Source: an uncultured Actinomycetes bacterium (GTDB taxonomy: Bacteria; Actinomycetota; Thermoleophilia; Gaiellales; JAICJC01). From it: a DNA stretch of 64,000 bases. The notes beneath the pieces are model-generated. The model did not search any database, was not told where the DNA came from, and saw nothing but the letters and a program-made list of their open reading frames with translations. The first letter of the stretch is position 1; the number at the start of each line of letters is the position of its first letter. The stretch covers positions 3,288 to 67,287 of the forward strand of contig CAVRSB010000024.1 of assembly GCA_963723785.1 (NCBI GenBank), written 5' to 3'. Of the stretch, positions 1-11,530 are shown piece after piece. Both the position numbers and the translations under genes were made by a program.

Positions 1-697
1 GTCGCGGCTCATCACCCGTGCGATCACCGCATTGGTGGCGGCGGTCGGCTGAACGAACGTGCAGCCCACGATCCGCTGACCCGAATCGAACGAGGTCGTG
101 CGCGCAACCTCGATGTCCTGCTCGACAACCCCGTGCAGGAAGCGGCAGTGCAGCGCATACACGTCGCCGGGCCGAACCCGAACGTCCAGGCAGGCGATGC
201 CGATACCCGACTGCGACAGGTCAACCGCCGCCGTCTCCATCTGCGTGCCGTCCAGCAGCCGCTCGCAATCCTTGGCGGTCAGCGACACGTGCGTGGCGAC
301 CGGGACGCGCTCCTCGAACCTGCGGGTGTCGGTTGCCGACACGGCCGTGATCTGCAGCAGCAGCGCCGCTCGGGTGGGCGATCGGTATCCCGCCTCTTCC
401 ACCAGCGTCGTGACCGTGTACGGCAGACCGTTGACGAGCATCTCAGCAGAAAGCTCGATGCCTTCCCGTACGGCCAGCCGGGGGGCGGTTGCCCCGCACC
501 GCGTCACCTTCGGCGCGGATCGTCCACACCTCGACCGTTCCGCCGTCGGAGCTGCGCATGTCCAGTGCCGACTCGGCGACCAGCTGGAGCGCGGCCAGCC
601 GCATCAGCGACGGGGCTGCGTCCTCCTCCTCGTATGTCAGCATCGACTCCAAACCGCTCCAAGCATCCGCCGTTTGAGGTAGACGGACATCCCCCAA
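1..697 (-). CDS. PilZ-domain (c-di-GMP receptor-like) protein; 3' end runs off the window; one apparent frameshift near 478-486
   Basis: Reverse translation of 181-360 gives RRFEER and DLSQSGIG, the RRxxxR and DxSxxG PilZ motifs. The N-terminal part is track ORF 443..697(-). The two parts are in different frames and join at a G5 run. Confidence 0.6.
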
Positions 698-725
698 AAG
701 GGTGTCTGCCGGTTAGGCTTGGCGG

Positions 726-3700
726 GTGCGTTGCTCCAATTGCGACACTGACAACCGCGAAGGTCGCCGCTTCTGCGCCGAGTGCGGCGTGGCGCTGGTG
801 GTCTCCTGTCCGGCCTGCGGCTCGGCGAACGAGCCCGGGGAGCGGTTCTGCGGCGAGTGCGGCACCGCGCTGAGCGCTCCGGAGACGTCGCGGCGCGCCC
901 ACCGCCGCCGATCAGCGAACGCCGGGTGACATCGATTCTGTTTGCCGACCTGGTGGGGTTCACAACCCTCTCGGAGCAGCGCGACCCCGAGGACGTGCGT
1001 GAGCTGCTGGCCCGCTACTTCGACACCGCCAGCGGGATCGTCGCTCGCTACGGCGGCACCCTCGAGAAGTTCATCGGCGACGCCGTGGTCGCCGTCTGGG
1101 GCACGCCGATCGCGCTCGAAGACGACGCCGAACGGGCGGTGCGGGCCGCACTTGACCTGGTCGTCGGCGGTCGCCCAACTCGGCGACGACACCAACGGCA
1201 CGCTGCAGCTGCGAGCCGCGGTGTCGACCGGCGAGACGGCCGTCACCATCGGCGCGCTCGGCCAGGGGATGGTCGCCGGTGACGTGGTCAACACCACTGC
1301 GCGGATGCAATCCGCAGCGGAACCGGGGTCAGTGCTGATCGACGAGGCCACCCGGCGGTCGACCGAGGCCGCCATCGAAATCTCACCCGCAGGCAGCTTC
1401 ACGCTCAAAGGAAAGGCCGAGCCGGTCGAGCTGTGGACCGCGCTGCGGGTGGTCGCGGGCCGACGGCGGCGAGGGCCGATCAGCCGGGCTGGAACCACCC
1501 TTCGTCGGCCGCGACCGCGAGTTTCGGCTGATCAAGGAGGCCGCGGTGGCAACCGCCGAGGAGGGGCGCGCGCAGCTGGTCTCGATCGTCGGCATCGCCG
1601 GGATCGGCAAGAGCCGGCTGGCGTGGGAGTTCGAGAAGCACAGCGACGGCCTCGTGCGAGAGATCTGGTGGCACCAGGGGCGCTGCCTCAGCTACGGCGA
1701 CGGCGTCGCGTTCTGGGCGCTGGCCGAGATGGTGCGCGTGCGCGCCCGGATCACGGAGGACGACTCCGGAGCAGAGCATGGCCGCCAAGCTCGAGGAGAC
1801 GGTGGCGCAGTTCGTACCCGACGCCGAGGAGCGCGACTGGATCATCCCGGCACTCGGAAACCTGCTGGGGCTCGATGAGGGGGGCGAGGGCGATCGAGGG
1901 CGCCTGTTCTCGGGGTGGCGGCTGTTCTTCGAGCGGATGGCCGACAACGCCCCCACGGTGCTGGTGTTCGAGGACATCCAGTGGGCCGATCAGGGCGCTG
2001 CTCGACTTCATCGAATACCTGATGGAGTGGTCGCGCGATCATCCGCTGCTGGTGGTCACGCTGGCACGGCCCGAGCTGTTCGATCGACGAGCCGGCTGGG
2101 GAGTCGGGTCGCGCGCGTTCACGTCGCTGACATTGGAGCCGCTCGCCGCCCGAGACGATGCGCGACCTGGTCGACGGCATGGCACCCGGCCTGCCCGATT
2201 CGCTCGTCGAGCAGATCGTCGACCGGGCCGAAGGCGTGCCGCTGTACGCCGTCGAGACCGTGCGGATGCTGCTCGACCGGGGCCTTCTGGAGCGCCGTGA
2301 CGGCCAGATGGTGGCGATCGGCGAGGTGGAGTCGCTCGAGATTCCCGAGACCTTGCACGCGCTGACCGCCGCTCGGCTGGACGCCCTGGGCGAGGCTGAG
2401 CGAAAGCTCGTGCAGGACGCGGCCGTGCTCGGCAAGACGTTTCAGGTCGAGGGCCTGGCTGCCGTCAGCGGCCTCGGTGCGGCCCAGCTCGAGCCGCTCC
2501 TGGACGCGCTTGAGGCGCAAGGAGATCTTCTCCGTGACGGACGGATCCGCGGTCGCCGGAGCAAGGTCAGTACGGCTTCGTCCAGGAGCTGCTGCGTACC
2601 GTCGCCTACGAGACGCTCGGCCGGCGCGACCGCAAGGCCCGCCACCTTGCCACCGCCCGGCACCTGCGAGTCCCTGCCGGCCGGAGACGAGCTGATCGAG
2701 GTGATCGCCGCACACCAGCTGGACGCCTACCGGGCGATGCCCGACGACGGCGACGATGTGCGAGACATTGCCCGCGAGTCGCTGCTTCGCGCCGCCCAGC
2801 GGGCCGCGTCGTTGGCCGCCAAAGCCGAAGCGATGCGCCTGGTACTGCAGGCCGTGGAGCTGACCGACTCCGACCGCGACCGCGCAGAGCTCCAGCAGCG
2901 CGCCGCCCAGCTGGCGCTGTCTGCCGGGCTGGTCGAGGAATGCGAGGCCCTCGCCGGAGAGGCGATCGCGCTGCTGGAAGCCGACGGCGATCCGACAGCC
3001 GCCGCCTCCGGCCACGTCGTCCGCGCCGAGGCGCGCTTCCTGCTCCAGCGTCCGGATGAAGCTGCCGCGGAGATGGAGGACGCCTACGCCGTCATGTCCA
3101 CCCAGCCGCCCGACGCCGAGTTCGCCAACCTGGCCGCTCAGCTGGGGCGGATGCGGATGTTCATCAGCGGAGCCGAACCCGCCTTCGAGCCGATCGAACG
3201 TGCCATCGAGGTCGCGGAAGCTCTGCAATTGCCGCGGCCCCTCTCGAATGCCCTCAACACCAAGGGCTGTGCTGCTGACGAATACCCGTCCCGAGGAGGC
3301 GCGCAGCCTGCTCGAGGGCGCCCTCCGGATCGCCCTGGAAAACGACGAGCCCGAGGCTGCGATGCGCGCCTACTTCAACCTGTCGTTCGTCTCCGACTGC
3401 TGGGGGCGTCCCTCCGCTGAGTTCGACCGCGCCGGGCTCGCGCTGGCACGCCGTCTGGGGGAACGCCAGTGGGAGCGCTCCTTCCTGATGCATGAAGCGG
3501 GCGAGCTTGTTCAGGTCAGGCGAATGGGATCGCTCGATCGAGGTCGTGCGCGAGCTGCTCGACTCGACCGCCGGCCACGACGCATTCGTGGAAGCCGCGA
3601 GCGCATACCCACTCGCGTGCATCCTTGGGTATCGCGGAGACTTTGCGGCGGCCAGGCAGGCCCTCGCCGAGTCGGGAGGTTCCGAGACCAGCCCCGATGT

Positions 3701-4221
3701 GCAGAGCCGTGCGAGCTGGACGGCATCCGCGGCGGCGGTGGCCACCGCCGAGGGGGATCTTGCCGAGGGCTGTGCGGCTCTCCCGGATCGCGCACCAACT
3801 CGGGCCCGCCCTCGGACCCGTCCACAGCGCGGTGGTTTGGGGTACCACACTGCTCGCGGAAAACCTGCTGGCAACGGGTGAGACCGCCGAAGCCCGGCTG
3901 GTGCTCGAGGAGCTGGACGGGATGCCGGTCGGCCTGCGCCCACCGAGGCTCGAGGCCACTCGAGCCGAGCTGCGCGCGCGGCTCGGCGTCGGCGACGAGG
4001 ATGCCGAGTTCGGCGAAGCGATCGCGATCCTCCGGGGTATCGGCTATGTCTGGGCAGTGGCGTCCACGATCGAGGCGTACGGCCACAGCCTCGAACGCCG
4101 TGGCCGTGACGGCAGCACCCAGTTCAGCGAAGCCCGGGAAATCTACGTGCGGGTGGGAGCGGCACCCGGAATCGCCGGCATCGACGCAGCGATCGCTGCG
4201 ACAGCGGCCCGCTCAGCCTGA
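726..4221 (+). CDS. Multidomain signalling protein: double zinc ribbon, class III adenylate/guanylate cyclase, AAA/P-loop ATPase, helical TPR-like C-terminus; heavily frameshifted
   Basis: The N-terminus has CxxC pairs (MRCSNCDTD..CAECG..CPACGS..CGECG). The cyclase blocks are ILFADLVGFT, FIGDAVVAVWG and VNTTARMQS. The P-loop is GIAGIGKSRL, followed by a long Ala/Leu/Glu-rich repeat region. Continuity needs at least ten frame changes across track ORFs 726, 782, 942, 1546, 1778, 2158, 2477, 3056, 3492 and 3625. Confidence 0.75.
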
Positions 4222-4246
4222 ATCCGCTGCGGCCGGCCCGCGCGTG

Positions 4247-4789
4247 CTAGATTCGGCCAATGCGAGCGATCGCCCTGCTGGTGTTCGACCTCGGCCTGAC
4301 CACAGCCGTGCTGGTCGCGGTGACGAAAGCCCGAGGCGCTGATCCGCCGGCTGTGGGGCGACGGCTCTGATGACGGCGGGGTCGGCGGGCCGCGATGGCG
4401 TCGCGACCGATCTCCCCAGCCGCCCCGCAACGGCCCGCACACTCGCGGCGACCGGTCGACACCGCGGCCGCGGCGTCCCACGCGAAGCCGCGTCTAGCTC
4501 TCCTGGCCTCCGGCCGCTCGCCGTCACGCTCGGCGTACAGCACCTCGGCGCCCATGGTGCCGACCCGGGGCATCACTTCGAGCTCGCCCGGGTAGCTGTA
4601 GTACGTGCGCGTGCTGGCGCCGGGAATGGCGAAGGCCTCGTCCATCTCCAGCACCACGCTTCGCCCCTGGGTGCGGACGACCGTTGCCCTGGCGCCGGTG
4701 GGGATCACCCGCACGCGGTCGCCCGGCTGGACGTGGTCGGTGCGCGGCGGGTGGACGATCACGGGCGAATGCTTGGGTTTCTTGGCCAC
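4247..4789 (-). CDS. Hypothetical protein (3' end uncertain)
   Basis: GTG at 4789 is preceded by GGAG at 4797-4800. The gene lies in frame within track ORF 4247..5431(-). I recognise no domain. Confidence 0.3.
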   Translation of the reverse strand: MAKKPKHSPVIVHPPRTDHVQPGDRVRVIPTGARATVVRTQGRSVVLEMDEAFAIPGASTRTYYSYPGELEVMPRVGTMGAEVLYAERDGERPEARRARRGFAWDAAAAVSTGRRECAGRCGAAGEIGRDAIAARRPRRHQSRRPTAGGSAPRAFVTATSTAVVRPRSNTSRAIARIGRI

Positions 4790-4793
4790 CGGT

Positions 4794-5535
4794 CTACTCC
4801 CCGTTTTGGAACTCGAAGGACTTGTCAGGCTTGAAGTTGGGAGGCTCGTTGCCCACCACCAGCGTGACGGCGTCGTGCTTTTGCAAGTCGACGTCTGAGC
4901 CAGTCGGTAACGGGCTTGCCGTTGATCCAGGCCTTGATCGGCTCGTTGTAGCCACCCAGCTGATCTGAGGCCGCATACACGCCCCACACGTCGAAGAACT
5001 GCTGGAGATTCGCCCGGAAGTCCTTGCGTACCCGACTCGATGTGAATCACGCCCGGCTCCGGATCGGTCTCACGACCGTGGGTGTGGATCTCGGAGGTCG
5101 CGGAGTCGGTCATCCCACCGGCGGCGGGAAGGCCGATGTAGTCGGTAACCTGAATCTGTTTTCCGTCCACGTACAAGGTCAGATGCGCGTGGTAGTGGGT
5201 CAGGCCGGAGCTCTCGGTGCTCGGCTTCAGATCGAGCGCCTTGAACGCACACTGGAGATCGTCGTAGTTGGCCGGCCAGGTGGGACGCGACAGCGGATCG
5301 AGCGTGTCCTTGGAAAGTCTCGACTGGACGCAGGCTGCGTCCTGTCCGGTCCCGAGCTCTTGTGGAGCACAAACGCGGTGGCACCACCCACGGCGATCAG
5401 CAGCACCAGTCCCGACACGATCCACGCCCACAGCGGGATCCCGCCCGACTTGGGGGGCTTGGTGGGCGCGATTCCGGCGCCGGTTCCCAGGCGCGCGCGC
5501 TTCTGGTTGGTGATCGCTTTTTTGGACTTACTCAT
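4794..5535 (-). CDS. Membrane-anchored secreted hypothetical protein, frameshifted
   Basis: A basic N-terminus is followed by one TM helix (IPLWAWIVSGLVLLIAVGGATAFVL) and then a THYHAHLTLYVDGKQIQV block. The pieces lie in three frames (5227..5535, part of 4247..5431, and 4794..4976). Confidence 0.45.
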
Positions 5536-5633
5536 CGCGGGCTATCGTAGCGAGGGTCTCGGGTGGTCGAGTCATCGGCCAATCCGGCTGCAATGATGAG
5601 CGGACGGATTACACTGGAGGTGGTTTCTCGTCC

Positions 5634-5798
5634 GTGAACACCGAGCCTTCCACCGAGCCTGCGGTCGCCTTCTGCCCCTACTGCGGCGGGGCGCTGGGGT
5701 CGTTCTTCGGTACCCGGATCGTGACCGGAGCGCGAGTCTGCGACCGCTGCCAGGAATGTTTCCGGGTGGTGCACGTTAAAGATGATGAGGCTGCTTGA
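5634..5798 (+). CDS. Small zinc-ribbon protein (54 aa), not in ORF track
   Basis: GTG at 5634 lies 13 nt after GGAGG (5616-5620). The translation contains CPYC..(20)..CDRCQEC. It lies just upstream of trxB. Confidence 0.3.
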   Translation: MNTEPSTEPAVAFCPYCGGALGSFFGTRIVTGARVCDRCQECFRVVHVKDDEAA

Positions 5799-5835
5799 CT
5801 GAGACAGATCGAGCCTCGAGGAGACTGGAGTTTGG

Positions 5836-6806
<971 letters not shown>

Positions 6807-6818
6807 CAAGATTGGCGT

Positions 6819-6851
6819 GTGAATAAAAGGTGCCTGGCACCTTTTATTCAC
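6819..6851. repeat. AT-rich palindrome family, copy 1: GTGAATAAAAGGTGCC-T-GGCACCTTTTATTCAC (perfect 16-nt arms)
   Basis: Read directly from the sequence. It lies 13 nt after the trxB stop and 10 nt before the next gene. Confidence 0.95.
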
Positions 6852-6860
6852 TTCGCTACA

Positions 6861-7337
6861 GTGGGAATCGTGCGGTACTTCATCTGCCCTAACTGTTCCA
6901 CGAGGGCACTCGACGATGATGGTCGGGCCGGCCTGACCCACCAGCCGGTGGGCTGTGCCAAGTGCGGCTTCGGCTACCTGTTCGAGATTCTCGAGGACTA
7001 CTTCCCGCCCGCCGGAGCGGGTCTGGTCACGTGTGACCGCGATGCGCGGGTGCTGTCGTGCGGCAACGGCGTGTTCGAGCTCACCGGCTACTCGGAGGGC
7101 GACGTGATGGGCAAGCCGCTGCGCGACGCGTTCGGCCTCAGCGGCTTTGCCGACGACACCGACCCGATCCCCGTGGTGCTGGAGTGGGGAGTGCGAAAGC
7201 TCGACCAGCACATGACGCTGCGACACCGCTCCGGGATCGCCAAGCGAGTGCGGGTCGACCTCTTCCCCGCCTACGACGAGGACGGCGGCCTGCTGGCGTC
7301 GCTGGCCTCAGACAACGCCCTCTCCACCAGCGCCTGA
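6861..7337 (+). CDS. Zinc-ribbon plus PAS-like sensor domain protein
   Basis: The N-terminus has CPNC..(20)..CAKC. The PAS-like block is GVFELTGYSEGDVMGKPLRDAF. The track ORF starts at 6819 inside the palindrome, so GTG at 6861 or 6870 is more plausible. Confidence 0.5.
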   Translation: MGIVRYFICPNCSTRALDDDGRAGLTHQPVGCAKCGFGYLFEILEDYFPPAGAGLVTCDRDARVLSCGNGVFELTGYSEGDVMGKPLRDAFGLSGFADDTDPIPVVLEWGVRKLDQHMTLRHRSGIAKRVRVDLFPAYDEDGGLLASLASDNALSTSA

Positions 7338-7594
7338 TACCGCTCCACCACGGCCAGCTGCCGTACCCGCCGGTCGAGCAGCCGCCGCTCCGCCAGCTCG
7401 TCGACACCGGCGAACACCCCCAGCGCCTCGAGCACAGCCGCGTCGCGCCCGCCCAGCTCGTCCCGGGCGCCGTGCTCGAACCGCGCCCAGGTGATGCGGG
7501 TGCGGGCGCCGTCGATCTCGTCTCGCAGGCGCTCAGCGTGACGGCAGATGCGATCGGCGTAGAGTTCAAGTTCGATGCGGTGCATGGCGGGCAT
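7271..7594 (-). CDS. Hypothetical helical protein, last gene of the nth operon
   Basis: Track ORF of 107 aa, Arg/Glu/Leu-rich, starting 24 nt after the nth stop. No recognisable domain. Confidence 0.35.
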   Translation of the reverse strand: MPAMHRIELELYADRICRHAERLRDEIDGARTRITWARFEHGARDELGGRDAAVLEALGVFAGVDELAERRLLDRRVRQLAVVERYQALVERALSEASDASRPPSSS

Positions 7595-7618
7595 GATCCC
7601 GCCACCGGCCGTCGCGGA

Positions 7619-8284
7619 TCAACCCACGCGGCGTCGCGACACCGTCACGTCTGCGAACGCGGACGGGCACAGGTCGGAGACGACGCAGCCGGCGCAGTCG
7701 GGCTTTCGCGCCCGGCACACCCGCCGACCGTGGAAGATGAGCACGTCGGAGACCTGCAGCCACCGCTCGCGCGGGTAGAGGCGCATCAACACTCGCTCGA
7801 CCTTGACCGGGTCGTGCAGTCGAGTCAGCCGCAGCCGCCGCGCCAAGCCGACCGACGTGGGTGTCGACGGCGATCCCCTCCCGCACTCCGAAGGCGTTGC
7901 CCGACACCACCGCCGCGGTCTTGCGGCCCACCCCGGGGAGCGTCACCAGCTCGGCGGTGGAGCGCGGCACCTCACCGCCGAACCGCTCCAGGATGGCCGC
8001 GCAGCACCCGCGAATCGACCGCGTCTTCTGGCGAAAGAAGCCGGTCGGCCGGATCAGCTCCTCCAGCTCCTGCTCGGTCAGCGCCAGGTAGTCCTGGGGC
8101 GTGCGGCAGCGGCGGAACAGCTCGGCGGTGACCAGGTTCACCCGCACGTCGGTGCACTGGGCCGAGAGGATGGTCGCCACCAGCAGATCGAGCGGGGACG
8201 AGTAGTCAGCGCGATGCCGGCGTCCGGATGCTCCGCCGCCAACCGGTCCAGGATCTCGACCGCGCGCTCGCTGCGGGCGCTCAT
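7619..8284 (-). CDS. nth: Endonuclease III (two apparent frameshifts)
   Basis: The HhH-GPD block is [15 protein letters not shown] and DTHV is present. The C-terminal 4Fe-4S motif is [20 protein letters not shown] at 8284 overlaps the upstream stop (ATGA). Confidence 0.85.
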
Positions 8285-11200
8285 CCGCCCCACTCCAGTT
8301 GCTCGCCTGCGCACAGCAGGTTGAGCGCGGGACAGTCGCGACATTGCACGCCCGGCCGGGCCGGGAAGGTGCCCGCCCGGATCGCGTCGATGTCCGCCTG
8401 CAGCTCTGCCTCCAGCCGTGGGGCATCAGCCGCGGTGAACGATCGGATCGGGGTGACCTCGAGGTTCTCGAGAAACGCATAGGCGATCTCGACCTCGTTC
8501 GCCCCCGCCTTCAGGGCGGCCAGCGCATAGGTCGCAACCTGGACGCCGTAGGAGTCGTCCACCACCTGCTCGACCGAGCGCTCTCCCAGCTTGTTGGTCT
8601 TGAAGTCGACCACCAGCGCGGAGTCAGGCCGAGGCCGGGCGTAGATGTCGATGCGACCGTGGAACAGCACCCCGTCCACGTCGAAGACGAAGGCCAGCTC
8701 GCGCGTGATGTCGTCGATCCCGGCCAGCCTCGCAGCCAGCTCAGATCCGTTCCAGTTCTCCACCAGCCGACCGATCAACTCGGTGTTCTGGTCGGTCGCG
8801 GAGGGGTGCCGCACGCGCCAGCGGCCGTCGGGACGCTCCAGCTCCAGATGCACGGCGTCGCCCAGCTCGAGCGCGTCCAGACCGTCGCCCTCGACCACGC
8901 TCCCGCTCCGGCTCGGGCAATCCCAGCACCCGCTGGGCGAAGTAGCGGTAGCCGCACCGGCGATACAGGGCGAGCGCGCTGTAGGAGAGCCTGGGGCAGC
9001 GCCACCGCGGCGGCCGCCGGCGCCGGATCCAGCGCCGGCAACGAGACCACGCTGCGGCCGCCTTCGGAGAACAGCTCCAGCTGGGATCCGATCTCGGGCT
9101 GGGCGAACGTCGGCGACGGTCTCCAGCGGCTCGGGATGCCGGTCGCCCCACCCGGACTCGCAGCCGGGCGCCACCGACGTCGACGTCGCCGTCGGCATCC
9201 AGGCCGACGGACAGGGTGTTGCAGATCTGGGCGATGGTGGTGTCCTCGCCGGGATCGAACGCGCCCGAGATGATCAGGTGCCGGCGGGCGCGGGTCAGCG
9301 CCACGTACTGCAGCCGACGGCCCTCCTCCGCCCGGGCGGCATCCTCGGCCGCGGCCACGTCACTCCAGCCCAGTGCATGCTGCATCGATCCGTCCACCGG
9401 GCTGGGCGCCCGCAACGCCACCCGGCCCTGCGCGTCCACCAGAATGTCGCCGGCCTGGCGTGCCATCCGCTCGCGACCGGTGTCCACCAGCACCACCACA
9501 TCGAATTCGAGTCCCTTGGCGGCGTGCGTGGTCATCAGCACCACCGCCTGCTCGTCCTCCTCGGCGGTGGCCGCCTCGCCCTCGCGCGTCGCCAGCGACG
9601 GCCTGCTCGTCGCAGAACCCGATGAAGCCCTCCAGGTCGGGGCCGCGCAGGGCCTCGTAGCTTCCCGCCATGCGCGCGAGCTTGACCACGTTCGCCAGCC
9701 GGCGGTCGCCGTCGGGCTGCGCCAGACAGGCCAGGTCATAGTCGTGCTCGGCCACCACCAGGTCGATCAGCCGCTCCAGGCCGACCTCGCCCAGCCGGGT
9801 GGAGAGCCGCGCCAGCCGCTGCTTGAACGCGGCCACCAGCCGCTGCTCGTCGGGGCTCAGCCCCTCGGGCAGCTCGTCGCGCTCGAGCGCGGTGAAGATC
9901 GGCCGGCGCACCGCTCCCCGCCGCAGCGCCAACAGGCCGTCGTTGGAGATTCCCACCAGCGGCGAGGCCAGCACGCCCAGCAGGGCAAAGTCGTCGTAGC
10001 GGTTTCGCAGCAGGCGCAGGTAGCCGAGGATGTCGGCCACCTGCTGCTGGGCGTAGTAGCCGCCTCCAGTGGTGCGCACCGTGCGCAGCCCACGCCGCCG
10101 CAGCGCGCCCTCGTACAGCACCGCATCGGTACCGGCCTCGAACAGCAGCACCACCTGCCCGGGCAGGCACTCGCCGTCGGCGATCAGCTCGGCGATGCGA
10201 TCGGCCACCAGCCGCACCTCGCCGGCGCGCCAATGCTCCTGGTCGGAATCGAAGCTGCGCTTGTCGGCCAGAAGCAGCTCCACCCGGCCGCCGGCCGGGG
10301 GCTGCGGATCGAGTGGCCGAGGCCGCTTCCAGCGCGGCGTAGTGGTCGCCGAACACCCGCCCGAACAGCTCGTTCACGGTCGCCAGCACATGCTCGCTGG
10401 ATCGGTAGTTGCGGGTCAGCGTGACCACCTCGGCGCCGGCCTCGCGGCGACGCTCGCGATACACCGCCACGTCGGCGTGGCGGAACCGGTAGATGCTCTG
10501 GAACTCGTCGCCGACCAGGAACAACCGGTCGCCCGCGACCCGGTCGATCAGCGCCACCTGCAGCCGGTTGGTGTCCTGAAACTCATCCACCATCACCTCG
10601 GCGAACCGCTCCCGATACTCAGTCGCCAGCTCCGGCGAGCGTTCCAGCAGCTCGACTGCGCGCAACTCGAGATCGTTGAAGTCGACCAGCGACCGGCGGT
10701 CCTTGAGCTCCTGATAGCCGCGTGCGAACTCCTTCAAGAGCACGTCCAGCTGGGCCAAGTCGGAGACGGCCGCCGCATCGCACGCCGCCTGCACGAGATC
10801 CCGACGAGCCTGCTCGTAGTCAGCGCACGCGCCCGATCGGACCACCTTGAACGCCTTCAGGTCGACCAACTCGGCGGCATCGGGGCGGGTGTCCAGGAAC
10901 GCCACCAGGTCGGCGGCCTGCTGCTTGTCACACGCGGCAGCCGCTGTCCGTACGGCGTCGGCGGCAGCGTCCACGTCGGGCTCGCTGTGCGGACGCAGAT
11001 CCAGCGGCCGGCCCGCGCTTCGCAGCCGCTCGTAGGCCTCCAGCAGCAGCTCCCGCAACCGCCGCCGCGAATACGCCGCTAGCAGATCGAGCCTGCGCGA
11101 TCCGACCGCTCCACCCTCCGACAGGAACCGCTCCAAGGCATTGTCGAACGCCTCGGACTGGAGAATCCGAGCGCCCACCTCGTCGGTGACGGTGAACTGT

Positions 11201-11530
11201 GGGATCGAGCCCCGCGGCGATCGCGTGGTTTCGCAGAATCCGGGTGCAGAAGCGGTGAATGGTCGAGATCCAGGCCGAATCCACCGCCCGCGCTCGATCG
11301 AAGTCGCCGCGCAGCTCGAGCGCAGCCCGCACCCGCGCCTTCAGCTCGGACGCCGCCCGGTCGGTGAAGGTGATCACGAGGATGGCATCCAGCGACGTGC
11401 CGGCATCGATGCGACGCAGCACCCGCTCGACCAGCACCGCGGTCTTGCCCGTCCCGGCTCCCGCCGACACGAACACGTGGCCGTCGCGGCTGATCGCCTC
11501 GGCCTGCTCGGGATTCCAGTCTCGGCTCAC
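8281..11530 (-). CDS. addA: UvrD-type helicase / RecB-family nuclease subunit (AddA/AdnB-like), multiply frameshifted
   Basis: The Walker A motif is [13 protein letters not shown]. Helicase motifs include [23 protein letters not shown] and [11 protein letters not shown]. The C-terminal PD-(D/E)XK block is DFKTNK with QVATYALA, followed by [14 protein letters not shown] at 11530 overlaps the upstream stop. Confidence 0.8.

Noticed and set aside
2119-3228. Long antisense or out-of-frame ORFs throughout the window, for example 2119..3228(-), 6240..7226(-), 11561..13501(+), 16126..17118(+), 16874..18418(+), 28944..30176(-), 44581..45582(-), 46342..47658(+), 48910..50217(-) and 55273..56664(+).
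   Set aside because: They are Arg/Pro/Gly/Ala-rich with no motifs, and they lie opposite genes with clear conserved domains. This is the typical stop-codon-poor artefact of high-GC DNA.
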